A stretch of DNA of 64,000 bases from Amphiscolops sp. MND2022 (GCA_964187785.1 OZ076409.1:66094001-66158000); one strand, 5' to 3'. Positions 13,387 through 26,010 are shown, counted from the stretch's first letter. The notes: a model not told the origin generated them from the letters alone. A program made the numbers and translations.

Positions 13387-14271
13387 TCAGTCCGTTGGAG
13401 TTTCGACTGGTTTGCCTTGGTAGAAAAGCTGCAAGTTTTTGATGCGGAAATCCTCTCTCTTTTTACCTTCCGACACCATGGAATAACGCTTTTGTAGTAC
13501 AGCTTTCTCAATTTTACGTTCAGTAGGTGTCAAGAACTTCTTGACATACACTGGATCAGTGTATGTTTTCAGGTAATGACTTCTGGCAAAACAATTTTGT
13601 AGAAAATGACTGTTTGATGTAGAAATCAATAAAGGACGACAACTTCTAGGTGTGTTATTGGCCGGATTTATTTTTTTGCCAAGCCTTCTCACTGCAGTGA
13701 CATTGCCTTCGGTTTTTAGACCCATGTGACCAAGGATTTTGTTAACACTTTCCGAATCATGTTCAAGTTGCTCAAAGTAGGTTGATCCACTTTCACTTGC
13801 ACCAGTAAGGACAAAATTTAATTCAGAAGATGGAGCCGATTTGTTTAAATTTTTGCCAGTTACAACGTCTTTATATGAGGGTAGCGAGTCAACGACAGCA
13901 GTTTTAACTTTTTCATTCAATTCAATTATTACCTTTGGCAAGGATTCATCGATTGCTTTAGGGATAAGTTCAGCAACAGAAGTTTTGATTTTAGAAGTAA
14001 AAGAATCAAATAATGATGTCAACTTATCTTCGGAATTGTTGGTGAAAACTTCATTATTCACACATGAATTGCACACCCACAAGCAGTTGGGTTTTGATCC
14101 AAGCCATTCAACATCAGTGACACTCAAATTGACACATCCACCGTGGACCCAGCTATTGCAAGAGTGGCAGCAAATTCCTGATTTGTCATCATCTTTGACA
14201 GCCTTGTTGCATTCCTTGCACAGAGTGGATGAAGCTTTGGAGTTGTTCCGTAGTTTGCGAACATTCGCCAT
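13387..14271 (-). CDS. LINE ORF1 with PHD finger
   Basis: CKEC..CHSC..H..C..CNSC (C4HC3 PHD) followed by a CR1-type ORF1 C-terminal region (RRLGK..RPLLI). Likely start ATG 14271 (MANVRK); upstream in-frame ATGs exist. Confidence 0.88.
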   Translation of the reverse strand: MANVRKLRNNSKASSTLCKECNKAVKDDDKSGICCHSCNSWVHGGCVNLSVTDVEWLGSKPNCLWVCNSCVNNEVFTNNSEDKLTSLFDSFTSKIKTSVAELIPKAIDESLPKVIIELNEKVKTAVVDSLPSYKDVVTGKNLNKSAPSSELNFVLTGASESGSTYFEQLEHDSESVNKILGHMGLKTEGNVTAVRRLGKKINPANNTPRSCRPLLISTSNSHFLQNCFARSHYLKTYTDPVYVKKFLTPTERKIEKAVLQKRYSMVSEGKKREDFRIKNLQLFYQGKPVETPTD

Positions 14272-14979
14272 AACATTCAATATGAAACTATTTAATTTCA
14301 CAAGGTAGTAAAATGCCCGAGGTATAAGAGCCGCTCCGAAGGCAATTGCGACCGAGGTTACCATACATTCATTCTCTAACTTACTGAGAGCTAACATTGC
14401 TCCTTAAGATTACGCTCTTGGCAGAGAACAAGTTTATTTTAAATTTTATATTATACTCAATCTCATCATTCAAAGAAAAAGTAATGTACCGTCCCTGGTT
14501 GGAATTGCTTGAACATTTTACACAATTTTGTAGGTTACCAAGCCAATTTTTCATGATTTTATAAATTTCTCAAGGAAACCTCCATGCATTAAAACATCAC
14601 TGATGCAATTTAAATCTGCCTAAATCTAAATTTAAAAAGCTGCCTATAAGATGCATCCTAAATTTGGCGGCAATTCTGAGCTGCGAAGTTTTGTAGGTTT
14701 CATAAAGACGCCGTTCTAATTTTGAAAGCAGCTGAGACCTTCGTCAATTTTACCGGCCTTGTTGAACATGCTTGAACTTTTTACATGTACTTTAATGTTG
14801 CCAGCTACTTTTATTATGATTTTCTAAATGTCTTACGGAATCTTTAATGCGTTAATATTTCCCTGTTGTCGCCAACTTTTATCAAGCTGCTTTAAAGAAT
14901 CATCAAAGTTTTGCCGGCAATTTCAAGCAGCGAAGTTCTGCAAGTTTCAATGCCCGTCCTAACGCGTACCCTCGAAGTT

Positions 14980-16507
14980 CAAGCTGGTTCAAGCAATTAA
15001 TTTTGCATGTCTTGGAAATTATTCTGAATGGTGAATCATCCAGATCGAGTGATGCCTCCAACTGGAAAAATGTTATTCTCAAATGTTTCCTGACTCCGCC
15101 TGTACCAACATTCGCTGCGGTCTCACAAAGGCGACATACCATGCTGTTTGGGAGATATGTCCGTTTGTAAGAACCAAGATGGGAGATTGGTTAAATGAAA
15201 AGCTGTTCGGGGTTCATCTTGATGAAACTGTAAACAACAACAAATCAAGACTCGAGTTTTGGATTACACATATGAATGATAGCAAAGAACGTCAACGTTT
15301 TTGAAGACTGTTCATTAAGAAGCTCATGTTGACATTGAGGCCTTTCTATTTTCGTCAATGAAATCACTCTCTGATATCAAAATTGCGGACTCAGATACTG
15401 TCATTGATGCAACGTTTAATGTGTTAAAATCTTTTTCATTGAACCCGGGGAGATTGGTGTATGCGATGTCCGATAATTGCAACACTATAACTGGTAGGCA
15501 AGGCGGTTTTCATGTTAAGCTTGCAGAGAAATGCATATATCTGATTGACTTTCCTTTCCGTAGCAGCAATTTGTGCAATCTGAATTTCAAAAGCGCATTC
15601 AAACAATGTGAAAATCTGGAAAAAAATTGGCGACTTTCGTGAGAGTTTCTCATTTTTTATTTTCGGATCCATCAAGCCCAATATGTCCTCAAACAAGTAT
15701 AGTCTTTCTTGGTTATTAAGCATAAAGAACTTGCAATGCTCCGAATATTGGCAGATGCTTTTGTTGTTCGCGAGTATTTATAGATCGATGAAATTCCGAC
15801 CACATGACTTTCTTTGAGTCGTGAAAAATGCCTATTCGATATATATCGTTCGCAGAATCTAGATGCTTATTCTTCCCTCACGGTCGTTGTTATTTCATCT
15901 TTGATTATATGTTGCCACAATATGACTGTGAAATCGGCATTCTCGACCATGAAGTCTTCTGAAACGCTCCTTCAATCACTTTTCAGCAATAAAACTTTTA
16001 TTGCCATAAGAAGTATCAAAGATTATTTCGATCGCAACACAATCGAATCTTTCAATCCCCCACAGGAATAGCTTGAGTTGATACGAAACGCGCGTGAACA
16101 ATATGGCGAGATAATGAAAGAAAAAAAGAAGGAGAATGCTTCAACTAGATCATATGCCGATCAGCTGAGACAGGATCTCAATGTTTATGAACGACCCACT
16201 CCCAATCAGGCTTCGCAGCAGTTTAGCGAAGTTTCCCGGGAAAATGCTTCAATGGAAGAGCAATTGAAGGAACTACAGGCAAAAAGTCAACGTCTTCAAG
16301 ATGTGGTTCATGCCACGCCATTTGATTTTGTTTCATAGTTGAAAAAACGAATGTTTTTTCTTGTTGAAATTTTAAAATTGCAGCCATTTCCGGTTTTTTT
16401 GCTTCACCAAGAACAGTAAATCGTCGTTCAGTTGGTCGCTATAAGGTTGCTACATTTTTGAGATTTAGTGGTCGCTACTTTTGTTTGAAAATGTGGTCAA
16501 CACCCTG
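14980..16507 (+). pseudogene. Decayed hAT-superfamily transposase and right end of the element
   Basis: Fragments MFPDS..CGLTKATY, FGVHLDET, LVYAMSDNCNTITG, HNMTVKSAFSTMK in hAT order, broken by stops and frameshifts; GGTCGCTA subterminal repeats and a CAACACCCTG terminus at 16507. Confidence 0.75.
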
Positions 16508-16837
16508 GGATCTGTAAGTGTACCAAATGAAGCTACAGGCCCCCCTTGGGTTCATTTGTCACACGAATCAGAAAGCTATCTATGTAAAAATATTTGGCAA
16601 GGAGTACTTTTTTCAGTTTTTCTCAATCTCAATGAAGAGTCCCCTCACAGTACTTTTGAATAATTGTAGTTATGAAAGTGTTTGTATCCGGAGGAATTAC
16701 CCTTTGAATTTTCGTAATTTCAGTGAGAAGGTTCGAATCTTTCGTAAAAACAGCCCTGGTTGACACGGCTTGAATCTTTTACATGATTTCGTAGGTTGAC
16801 GAGCTAGATTATCATGATTTTATAGAACTCTTTATTT

Positions 16838-17057
16838 CTATGCACCAACATTTCGCTTTTTCAATTGGATTTTGTCCAGATACCCATAAGATGCGTCCTA
16901 AGTTTGGCGGCAATTCGCAGCCACGAAGCTTTGCACGTTTCATATGGAAGCAGTTCAATAGTCAAAAGCAGTTGAGAACTCATCAATTCTACCGCCGTTT
17001 GAAAGCAATTAAACTTCATTTTTTAGTCTAAAAGTACCTTCATGTTCAGCGTGCAAT
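16838..17057. repeat. Left copy of 220-bp direct duplication flanking the small Gypsy element
   Basis: Matches 22261-22480 with about 8 differences; abuts the LTR exactly. Confidence 0.9.
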
Positions 17058-20000
17058 TGTTTTAGGGTTTCTCTATTCTCAATAATAGTTACTCTGTTTT
17101 AGGTAACAAGGGAGGGTTGAGCAAGATTCTATTCTCGATCTAGACCATGTGGCAAACTGATTTACTATCTTCATTATGGTCTATAGTTTTGCTGGTACTA
17201 TTGGCCAACATTGGTAACAACAAAGACAATTGACAAATGTATAAATGAACATAATATGATTGAAAGTTTGTTTACAATTTGATTGTTTTTTAATTTAAGT
17301 TTCTTTTGACTTCTTTTGTGACAGCCCTGCCACACTCCTCCTTCTGTCGTTCTTGGCCATCTCTGCTTTACATGGGTAAACTCAAAAATTAGGGCTGTAG
17401 TAGTTTATAGATTTGTTTATCGTAGGCTGTCTTCGCTTGAAGAAATGTTTATGATTTCTGGTTCTCCTGTTTTTTCTAGGCCACAAATCATTACTGCATC
17501 TCCGTAGTATTGGGGGGCTTTTCGGTTTCTTTGTGGGCGTTTTTCTCCAGTTGATGTGCCGGGTTCATCTGCACTTTCTGTTTCCAGTTCGCTGATTTGT
17601 TTTTCGTTTTCTGTGATTTCTTCTGGTTCTGTTTTTGTCCAGTTCATTGTGGCTTTTATTGCGCTTGTTGAAGTTTTAGATTTTTGTCTTCTCTCTTCTT
17701 CCTCCTCCTCTTCTGATTCGAAGAATACTTCTCTCCAATTTTCGAGTCGTTTGAATTCCGTTGGAATTCTCTTGCTGTGTTTCTTCTTAGGTTTTTGTGG
17801 CGAAGTTGTATTTGTTGGTCTTGTTGGAGACTTTGGTTGTGGTGATTTTATTGGTTGGTTGTTGGCAGTGTTCTTTGATTGGTCGTGTGTGTTTTGTTTG
17901 TTGCACTGTGTTGTAGCCAATTGGCGTGAAGTTGCCATTTCACGTTTGCTGAATAGCGTTGGCAGTGACTTGCCGCGTTCTTTCATTGTTACTGTATGTG
18001 GGGTTTCTGCGATGATTTGGCCCTTCTTTTTCTTGTATGCCGTTTCCAGTTTTGATCCTCTGGTTCTTTCGCGTACCAAGATTTCAGAGTCTTGGTCTGC
18101 TGGGAAATCGCTCATCGTCAGTTCGATTTTGTTGTCGTTGTCTGAAACATTGTAGTTATTATGTACTGGATTTGTAGTTATTATGTCTTTGACAGTAGTA
18201 AATTTTCGAATTGTATGTAGTTCTGCCGGTGATACTTTATTTTCTTTGGGGGCAGTTCGTAGTGCATACAGTAATTCTGACAAACCTGTGTTATCTTTAT
18301 CTAATACCATTCTTTGGTTTGAACTTAGTCTTTCGTTTATTGTACGGATTAGCCTTTCTACTTTACCATTTCCTCTATGGTCGTGTATTGGGCAGATTAC
18401 GTGTTTAATGAAATATTTGTGGCAGAATTCTTGGAAATTCTGGCTTTTAAAAACAGTTCCTGGGTCTGTACGAATTTGGCGTGGAATTCCATTATCTGCT
18501 ATATATTTTGTTAGGAATTCTATTACTTCAGTTGTAGTGGGGGCTCTGAGAGATTTTGTGTCGGGCCATCCTGATTTGCTGTCTACTGAAACTATTAAAT
18601 ATTTCTTTGTACTTTGAGCAATTTTAAAAGGCCCTGCAAAATCAATAGCTTTTTCTTCGTTTATTGTTTTTGGAGTGGGGATTTTTCCAAATTGTTTTTG
18701 TGATAGAACGGGTTTTATAGACTTACCTGCATTTTGGCATTCGGGGCACATTTGTGTAAGTAAAGTAATATCACGATGAATACGTGGCCACCAAATATCT
18801 GTTATTTGTCGGAGAATTTGGTCACGGCCTGGGTGTCCCCAGTGTAGCGAATTTTTAATGGGGCTTTGTAGAATTTTGGGGATAACTAATCGGTCATCGA
18901 GGTATAGTAAATCGTTTTTGTCTAAGGATAGTGAGGAAAAACGTTCGCGCCATGGGCTGTCGAGTGATTTTATTTTTGAATTGATGGGATATTTCACTAG
19001 ATTAATGATTTTTTGTAGGTTTTCATCATCTTTATAGTTGGCAATTAATAGGTTTTCACCAATTTTGTTTGCGATGGGAATTTTTGGTTCGAATTTACTA
19101 GAAATTGAATTACCTTCATTCGTATTTGTTGAATGTAAATGGCCCATTTTGTGGTAATCGTTTAGTTATTGTTTATCGCGTGCTTTGAATGACTCGTTTA
19201 TGTTTGCACTTTTACTGCGTGCATCGTCGCGTCTCAGCTTGATCCATTTGCGGCCTCTGATTGGTCCATTGATTTCTTCAGCTAAAATGCTATTTACAAT
19301 ATTTACATGGTTCACTGTGAACCAGTTGCTCCATAATTCGTCTGCTTCCACGCTTGTGCCTTCTATTGGAGATGGATGTCGTGATAAGTAGTCTGCAATG
19401 CCAATTGTTCTGCCTGGAGCATGAAAGATTTCAAAGTCGAATGGAAGTAGGCGATCAACCCATCGGGTGAGTCTACTCGAGTATGTTTTATTGACTTTGT
19501 TGCTTTCTAAAACTGTAGCAAGTGCTTTATGATCGGATACAACTTGGAATTTTATTCCATATAGGTAGTTCTTAAAGTGTTCGACTGCCCAAACAACTGC
19601 CAATAACTCGAGTTCATTAATCGAGTATTTTTCTTCTAATGGTGTAAGAAAACGTGAGGCGAAATGAATTGGGCTCCAACCATTTTCTTCTTGTTGTTGT
19701 GATACAGCGCCTAAACCAGCTTTACTGGCATCACAAATAATTCCTATTTTGCTACTTTTCTTGAAGTGTCCTACTTCTGTGACTCTTTTACCTTGTTTAT
19801 TTATTTCTTCAAAGGCTTTATCGTGAGTTTCGTTCCAGTTCCACGATTTATCTTGTTTTAAGAGTGGACGTAGTTGGAAGCATAGCTGTGCCAAGTTTGG
19901 TATGAATCTTTTTAGTTGATTCACTGCGCCCAAATATGATATGAGCTCTTTTAAATTTTTTGGTTTCAGTTTATCAGTTATCGCTTGAATTTTTGTCTTG

Positions 20001-22260
20001 ATTGGGCGTATTCCTGTTTGTGTTAGGTGATACCCTAACCACTCAACTTCATTTTGTGCGAACTTGCGTTTTTCCCATTTTAATCGTATGTTTGCTTCGT
20101 CAAGTTTTTCTAGTACTTGTTTTACTCGTGCGTAATGATCTGTTTGGATACCTTTGGTCAGTATTAATATGTCATCTAAGAAGACATACGTATTCGCAAT
20201 GTTGGAAAGTTTTTTATCCATAACTTTTTGGAACTCTGTTGGCATCATTGTGAGTCCATAGAACCCAGTGATGAAGCGGTATGTACCTGTTGCCTTGCCA
20301 CCTATTATTTGAAAATTACAGTGGCGTGCAATTTCTTCGTCTAACGGTACTGTGATTACAACTGGTTGGATAAATTGTTTATCCGTCACATCGGTTACTT
20401 TTTTGATGTGTCCTTCATTTAATAACCTTTCATTTTCTTCTTGTACCGCGTCTTGTAGTTGGATAGGAACTCGTCTACCCTTTTGTTGCGTTATTTTGGC
20501 TTCTGGTTTAAACTCAATTTTTACTGTATGATTGCGAATTTGTCCTTGTCTAGTGAATAAGGAGGAAAATTGGTTTTGTAATTATATCTTTTCGTTGTGA
20601 TTATCGTTATCACTCGAATCTTTTGAATTATTCTGTTTATTTGGTTGTTTAACATTTTGTTTAATTGTGTAAATAGCTTTGTTACCTTCACTTTTTGTTG
20701 GAGACACGAATTTGTAGTTGAACGCGTTCAGCCAATCACGTCCAATGAGTGATTTTGCGCCTTTGTCCGCAATCAGTATTCGCGCTTTATTTAGTTTGCT
20801 ATCACCAACTTCCAAATGGCAGAATATGTATCCCAATAATTGTAGTTTTCGTTTATTGAAGTCCACGTATTCTTCATCTTTTGGTAGTTCTCTAACGAAT
20901 AATGTTTTGCGCTTCATTATTTGTTTTATTTCATCGATTGCAAATATCGTTACTGGTGATCCAGAATCGACCATTGTTTGAAATGGGTTCCCATTGATCT
21001 TTCCTTTCATGGTGAACTGTCCACTTGTATCTCCTTCAATTGTGAGTACCACCTTCTCATCATCTACAATTGATTCTCCACTGCTTTCGCTCCATTCATC
21101 AATGCGTTGAATATGTTGTGGGGGTTTTGCTACTTTACGGCTTTTTGCAAATGTGCCTGCGCCTTTAGTTTGGCAACATCTAACGAAATGTCCTTTCTTG
21201 CCACATTTCATGCAAGTAACACCTAAGGCTTTACATTCCTTAAGGTGTTGAGGTGTGAATATTCCTTCGCATCTGAAGCACTTTTTGGTTGGGCCCCAAC
21301 GTTTATTGGTTTGGTTAATATTATTCACTTCCGCTGCTTCAGTTTTTATATTTGGTTTATCTAGCATACCAAACGATTGTTGTCTCAGTAAGCAATTGCG
21401 AATTGGATTGTTTCTGCTGCTGTTGCTTTTGGCTCAGTGCACAATTTTTGTTGTACAAATTGGTTTATCATGTTCACTGTGAAGACGTCTTTTACTAAGC
21501 TGTCTGTTATCGTGCCGAAATTGCATTTCGCTGCTAATCCATTTAATTCGTTCCAGAAGTTTCTCAATGATTCTCCTTCTTTTAGTTTTGAAGAATTTGA
21601 AGCGATCGAGGGTTTCATTCTTGGGTTTCTCAAAGCAATCTTTGCAGTTTTTAACAAATCTGGGAGTGACACTGTGGCAATATTGGTAGTGAGAAATTTG
21701 TCAGCAATTGATTTTCGTCCTGCCGATCCCAGAGCAAGGTAAAGTACGCTTATAGCTTTCTTTGTGGCTGGTATTTCGTCGAGATTACCCATTAAACTTT
21801 TGTCTTTGTTTCCCGTTTTTATTAATTCAGCAATGGATATGTTGTTTTTGGCCATTAATGCCACTTCAAATAAATCTCGCCATTTTTCCAATTCTAATGT
21901 AGGATTTTTAGATGCATCTTGCCAGTAAGTTGGAAGTTCTGCAATCGCTTGAGATCCTCCCGAAGATTCGGCTCGCAGCGCCATGTTTTAGGGTTTCTCT
22001 ATTCTCAATAATAGTTACTCTGCTTTAGGTAACAAGAGAGGGTTGAGCAAGATTCTATTCTCGATCTAGACCATGTGGCAAACTGATTTACTATCTTCAT
22101 TATGGTCTATAGTTTTGCTGGTACTATTGGCCAACATTGGTAACAACAAAGACAATTGACAAATGTATAAATGAACATAATATGATTGACAGTTTGTTTA
22201 CAGTTTGATTGTTTTTTAATTTAAGTTTCTTTTGACTTCTTTTGTGACAGCCCTGCCACA
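17058..22260 (-). mobile_element. Gypsy-type LTR retrotransposon, internally deleted/decayed (5.2 kb)
   Basis: 277-bp LTRs (21984-22260 and 17058-17334; TGTGGC..AAAACA on -; 4 differences), PBS TGGCGCTGCGAGC immediately after the 5' LTR, PPT AGAAGGAGGAG at 17335-17345. Confidence 0.93.
17417..21984 (-). pseudogene. gag-pol of the small Gypsy element (disrupted)
   Basis: gag with zinc knuckle CMKCGKKGHFVRCC, protease VDSGS, RT FLDD (part of RT deleted after PVVITV), RNase H CDAS/SDH, integrase H..HPG..CPEC and DDE core; several stops and frameshifts. Confidence 0.9.
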
Positions 22261-22480
22261 CTATGCACCAACATTTCGCTTTTTCAATTGGATTTTGTCC
22301 AGATACCCATAAGATGCGTTCTAAGTTTGGCGGCAATTCGCAGCCACGAAGCTTTGCACGTTTCATATGGAAGCAGTTCAATAGTCAAAAGCAGTTGAGT
22401 TTTCATCAATTCTACCGCCGTTTGAAAGCAATTAAACTCCATTTTTAAGTCTCAAAGTACCTTCATGTTCAGTGTGCAAT
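22261..22480. repeat. Right copy of the 220-bp direct duplication
   Basis: Matches 16838-17057; begins at the first base after the LTR. Confidence 0.9.
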
Positions 22481-23182
22481 TTGACTAACGGTGATTACAT
22501 AAGCTGCGTACTTGAGAAATTAACACAGAAAAACAAAGTGATAGAGATGGTAAAGAAGTAGAAACACTTTCAATTGTAACTCAAATAGTGGCAGCTAATT
22601 AATTCTATGAAGTTCTTCCAAGCAGACTCCCGGAATTTTCTATCCTCTGTTCAAAAAAACATTGCATGCATGGAAGCAGCATGAAAAACTTCACAGCTGG
22701 TTCAACTAGGAAGCCTTTTAGATATTTCAGAAGACTGCACTTTTTGAGTTTCAAGCGCGTGCCAACTTTAGATTTTCCCGTATAGTCTTTTGGGAACGTG
22801 AATGAAATCAAAGTTTCTTTTCACTTCATCGATCCGTGATTTCGAAAACGAAAATTTGCTAATAAAAGTTGAATTATAACATATGAAATCGCAGGAATGA
22901 TATCTAAATACATCAGGAATATGATCTAAAATCACTAGGAATATGATCTACAATCAATTTTAATATGATCTAGAAGCACTGGAATAATTTCTAAAATCAC
23001 TAGGATTAAGATTTGAATAAAATTATTCGTTATTTATCCTTGTAGTTTGAAAATGGGTCGGACATTGTCGATATATGAGACTGTAATTATTTTTTGAATT
23101 TTTCCCAACTTCTTATACGTTTATTTGAGAAAATAAATGTTGCAGCATCACTGTCTCTTCCTCTTCAGCGGTGTTATGACAG

Positions 23183-23491
23183 GACGAATCTGATTTCTTG
23201 CTGAATGTGGGTTACATTTTAGCTGCCTCTGTGAACTACTTCTACTTCGGCGGGGATCGATCCTCGACACTGTTGCTTGGCATCATGGGGTCTAAGCACA
23301 ACCACTACGACCCCCACTCACGCACAGCTCGCACCAAATTTGTGTCGCGTTTCTTATGGCGCGAAACAGCCGACCACTTGTTCGAGAATATCACAGACAA
23401 AGTGTGCTTCGACAAACATGACATCCTTTGGCAGAAGATCCAGCCCTCGGACCCCGTTGCCAGGGAAACCAGTTTGTTGCTTTTATTCCAG
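23183..23491 (+). CDS. VPS10/sortilin-family gene, exon 2
   Basis: CAG|GAC.. 103 open codons (DESDFLLNVG...LLLLFQ); CAG|GCACGC GC donor; phase 0/0. Both boundaries are less certain than for later exons. Confidence 0.65.
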
Positions 23492-24099
23492 GCACGCATT
23501 ATCAATATTTTCTCTTTCTTTCCATAATTCTTTCCATTGTTAATTATTATTAAATGATCTTTCTCAGTTGGATCAGAATGATCTAGTCAAATAATTTTTC
23601 AACTGCAGCGGTTCTTGTTTGAATGTTTTGTTGACGACATCTGTGTGTTAATTGATATACATGTAAATTTATAAAAGTGAAAATAATTGCAAACATTTTG
23701 CCAAACTATATACATAAGCAATTAAATTGAGCACATTGCGCTCATCGAGAAACCGAAACTTATTTCACACTAGTTCCGATGATTCCATTCTCTCTAAATA
23801 GAAGATATCTATATGCTATAGCGAGAAAATTTCACAACAGTTTATAAATAAATTTTGATCATACTGTAGAATATGCAGAAGTATACATGCATATGATTTA
23901 GGTGGTCCGTGCCAATCAATCATGAAAAACGGAATTTGAAAAAGGTAATCTAAAAATTGGAAATTCTTCTATTTATCCTTCGATCAGTAAAAACACAATG
24001 CCAATGAGCTTGAAGGAGAAATGAGTTTGTCATTTTCAGTTTCCTTCAATTGAACCATCAAAAAATCATATTAATATTATCTTGATAATCTGTTGTTAG

Positions 24100-24216
24100 G
24101 ATCAATCCGAACGCTATTACATATCAATAACTTCTGACTCTGGGAGAACTTTCAAGAAGAACTACGTGGGATCAACAGTGGAAGAAAAACTGCAGAAGTA
24201 CACGTTCTATTCATCA
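24100..24216 (+). CDS. VPS10/sortilin-family gene, exon 3
   Basis: TAG|DQSERYYISITSDSGRTFKK...FYSS|GTAAGT; Asp-box/BNR motif TSDSGRTF. Confidence 0.85.
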
Positions 24217-25203
24217 GTAAGTTACCATAACTTATTCACTTCAATCCTGGAATCATATTTAATAAAACGTAAAATCTTCGTCTATTCAAGCTTGAGTCGG
24301 ATAAAACTGTTTCAAGCATGCGAGTAATTGGTTATAGAAAAAACGCTCAAAAGAAACGCGCTTTCGGCAAAATTAGCTGTTGGACTAGTCCTGACACGTC
24401 CCTTCATTTCGTTACCGGATTTTGGGCACTGAAGGTATGTGATTATAGTTGACTACGATATCGTAGTTTCATATTGGCGTAATTTTGTTTCGGGCGTTTT
24501 TTCTCGGTATCTTTCGGTTCGTTTTTCTGGGAATTCAGCAATTTATTGAACTCGTCCAGGTTTACATGTCATGGCTCCATGATAATGGGCATGCCGAGAA
24601 TCATTCCATGATCATGCAAAAATTTCCATAAATCATGGATGACCACGGATGCAAAGCCATGCAACAAGGGATGATAATTATTACTAATTTTAGTTACCTT
24701 TTTCTATTGTAGTGTTGTTAAAAGCATCATAATTCTTATTCATTAATGAATTATTAGTAATAAACTAAAATTAGTAATTTAGCATATAAAAGTGAAAGAC
24801 GTCATGTTAAATCTTACGAAACTGGTTTATATAATTACAACGCTATGGATCTGATTCAGGTTAATTTCAAAACACTTTTTGAAAGTTTTTAGGTTTTATT
24901 TTTCATTGTTTTCCCATATTTTCGCAGGAAACTTACGTGTGAACTGAATTTGATTCATTCGAACGCTCTTGATTGGTTTTTGCTGAAATGCATAAATCAT
25001 CTGAGACTTGCTGAACGTTTTTCTGCTTAACAAAACATGACGCTGTCTGTTATGGATGTTCATGGTTGAATCATGTGTTATTATCAGTAGCCGGAAAAAA
25101 AGTTGAAAAAAATTGCAGAAAAAGTACTTCTTAAAGTAAACCAAAATACCTAAAAAAGTAGGAAAAAAGTAAAAAAAAAGGTAAGTTAACGGTAAATTAC
25201 AGG

Positions 25204-25440
25204 TTAAATACACATAAATAGAAGCTTTTGGACTGTCTCCAACTTAATGTTTCTGCAGTTTTCCAGCTTAATCTTGAGCAAACTAAACAGCCATTCAACT
25301 TCGCACGAGGTGAGGGGCACGTACGCGAACAGAGCAGGATGGGTTGTCACAAGTTCCAGATCTGGATTTTTGGTCAGCACAGCAATAAATTTGTCCATAG
25401 CATTGGTGCCGAAAATAGCTTCCTTGAACTTGCCTAGAAT
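25204..25440 (-). pseudogene. C-terminal fragment of a DNA transposase (hAT-like dimerisation region)
   Basis: FAYVPLTSCEVEWLFSLLK..R.IKLE resembles the xPxTSxxxERxFS motif. Confidence 0.55.
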
Positions 25441-25788
25441 TGTATAAAAAGACCCCTATTTCGGCGCAAATTTTGACCGCTATAAAATCTAATGAGCAAC
25501 TTTTAACTGACGGTCAGTGTAATGGATAGGATTATGTCGACATCAAATATTTTGTTGGACCAAAATTTCAACGCAAACTATGTCGACATAATGGTATTTG
25601 AACCTTCTGTCTTATTCCCCCCCCCCCCCCCCCCCGTAACCAGTTTCATTTTTATAAATTTGCAGATCTGATCAAATCGATGTTTCGAATCAAATTCTTT
25701 TTTTCGTAAACACCATCTCCCAAACGTTAGGCGTTCACCATATTTCAAGGACGTAGGTGTTGAAAAATTTTGATTTGAAATGTTTTAG

Positions 25789-26010
25789 ATGGAGAAAATG
25801 CAGCCGAGCCCCTCAAACGTGAATAGAATTCTAGCAGCAGACTTATTTCTGTCGCTAGATGGTGGCGTGACTTGGAACGAGTTGATTAACAAAAGGTACT
25901 ACCCCAAATACGAGGGAAAACCCCACAAAGCCATGTGGGTAAACAGCTCCATGATTCTCACGTCCACTCAGACACGAGACGGCATCAGTTTACACAGATG
26001 CTCTATACAG
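25789..26010 (+). CDS. VPS10/sortilin-family gene, exon 4
   Basis: TTTTAG|MEKMQPSPSNVNRILA..LFLSLDGGVTW...SIQ|GTTGGC; Asp-box SLDGGVTW; phase 0/0. Confidence 0.85.

Larger units (their letters stand above)
10433..14385 (-). mobile_element. Full-length CR1/L2-like non-LTR retrotransposon (LINE)
   Basis: Intact ORF1 and ORF2, short 3' UTR, (TAC)n tail at 10435-10470, candidate GAGAG target duplication at 10428-10432 / 14386-14390. Confidence 0.92.

Noticed and set aside
13841..21742. Plus-strand ORFs opposite LINE ORF1 and the small Gypsy (e.g. 13841-14308, 17556-18155, 18183-18617)
   Set aside because: Shadow frames of real minus-strand coding sequence; unlike the 35-39.5 kb gene they have no domain or splice structure.
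10349..23179. Alternative genetic code to explain in-frame TAA/TGA near the host gene 5' end
   Set aside because: TAA, TAG and TGA all terminate intact ORFs elsewhere in the window; the two stops are different codons and lie in uncertain exon sequence.
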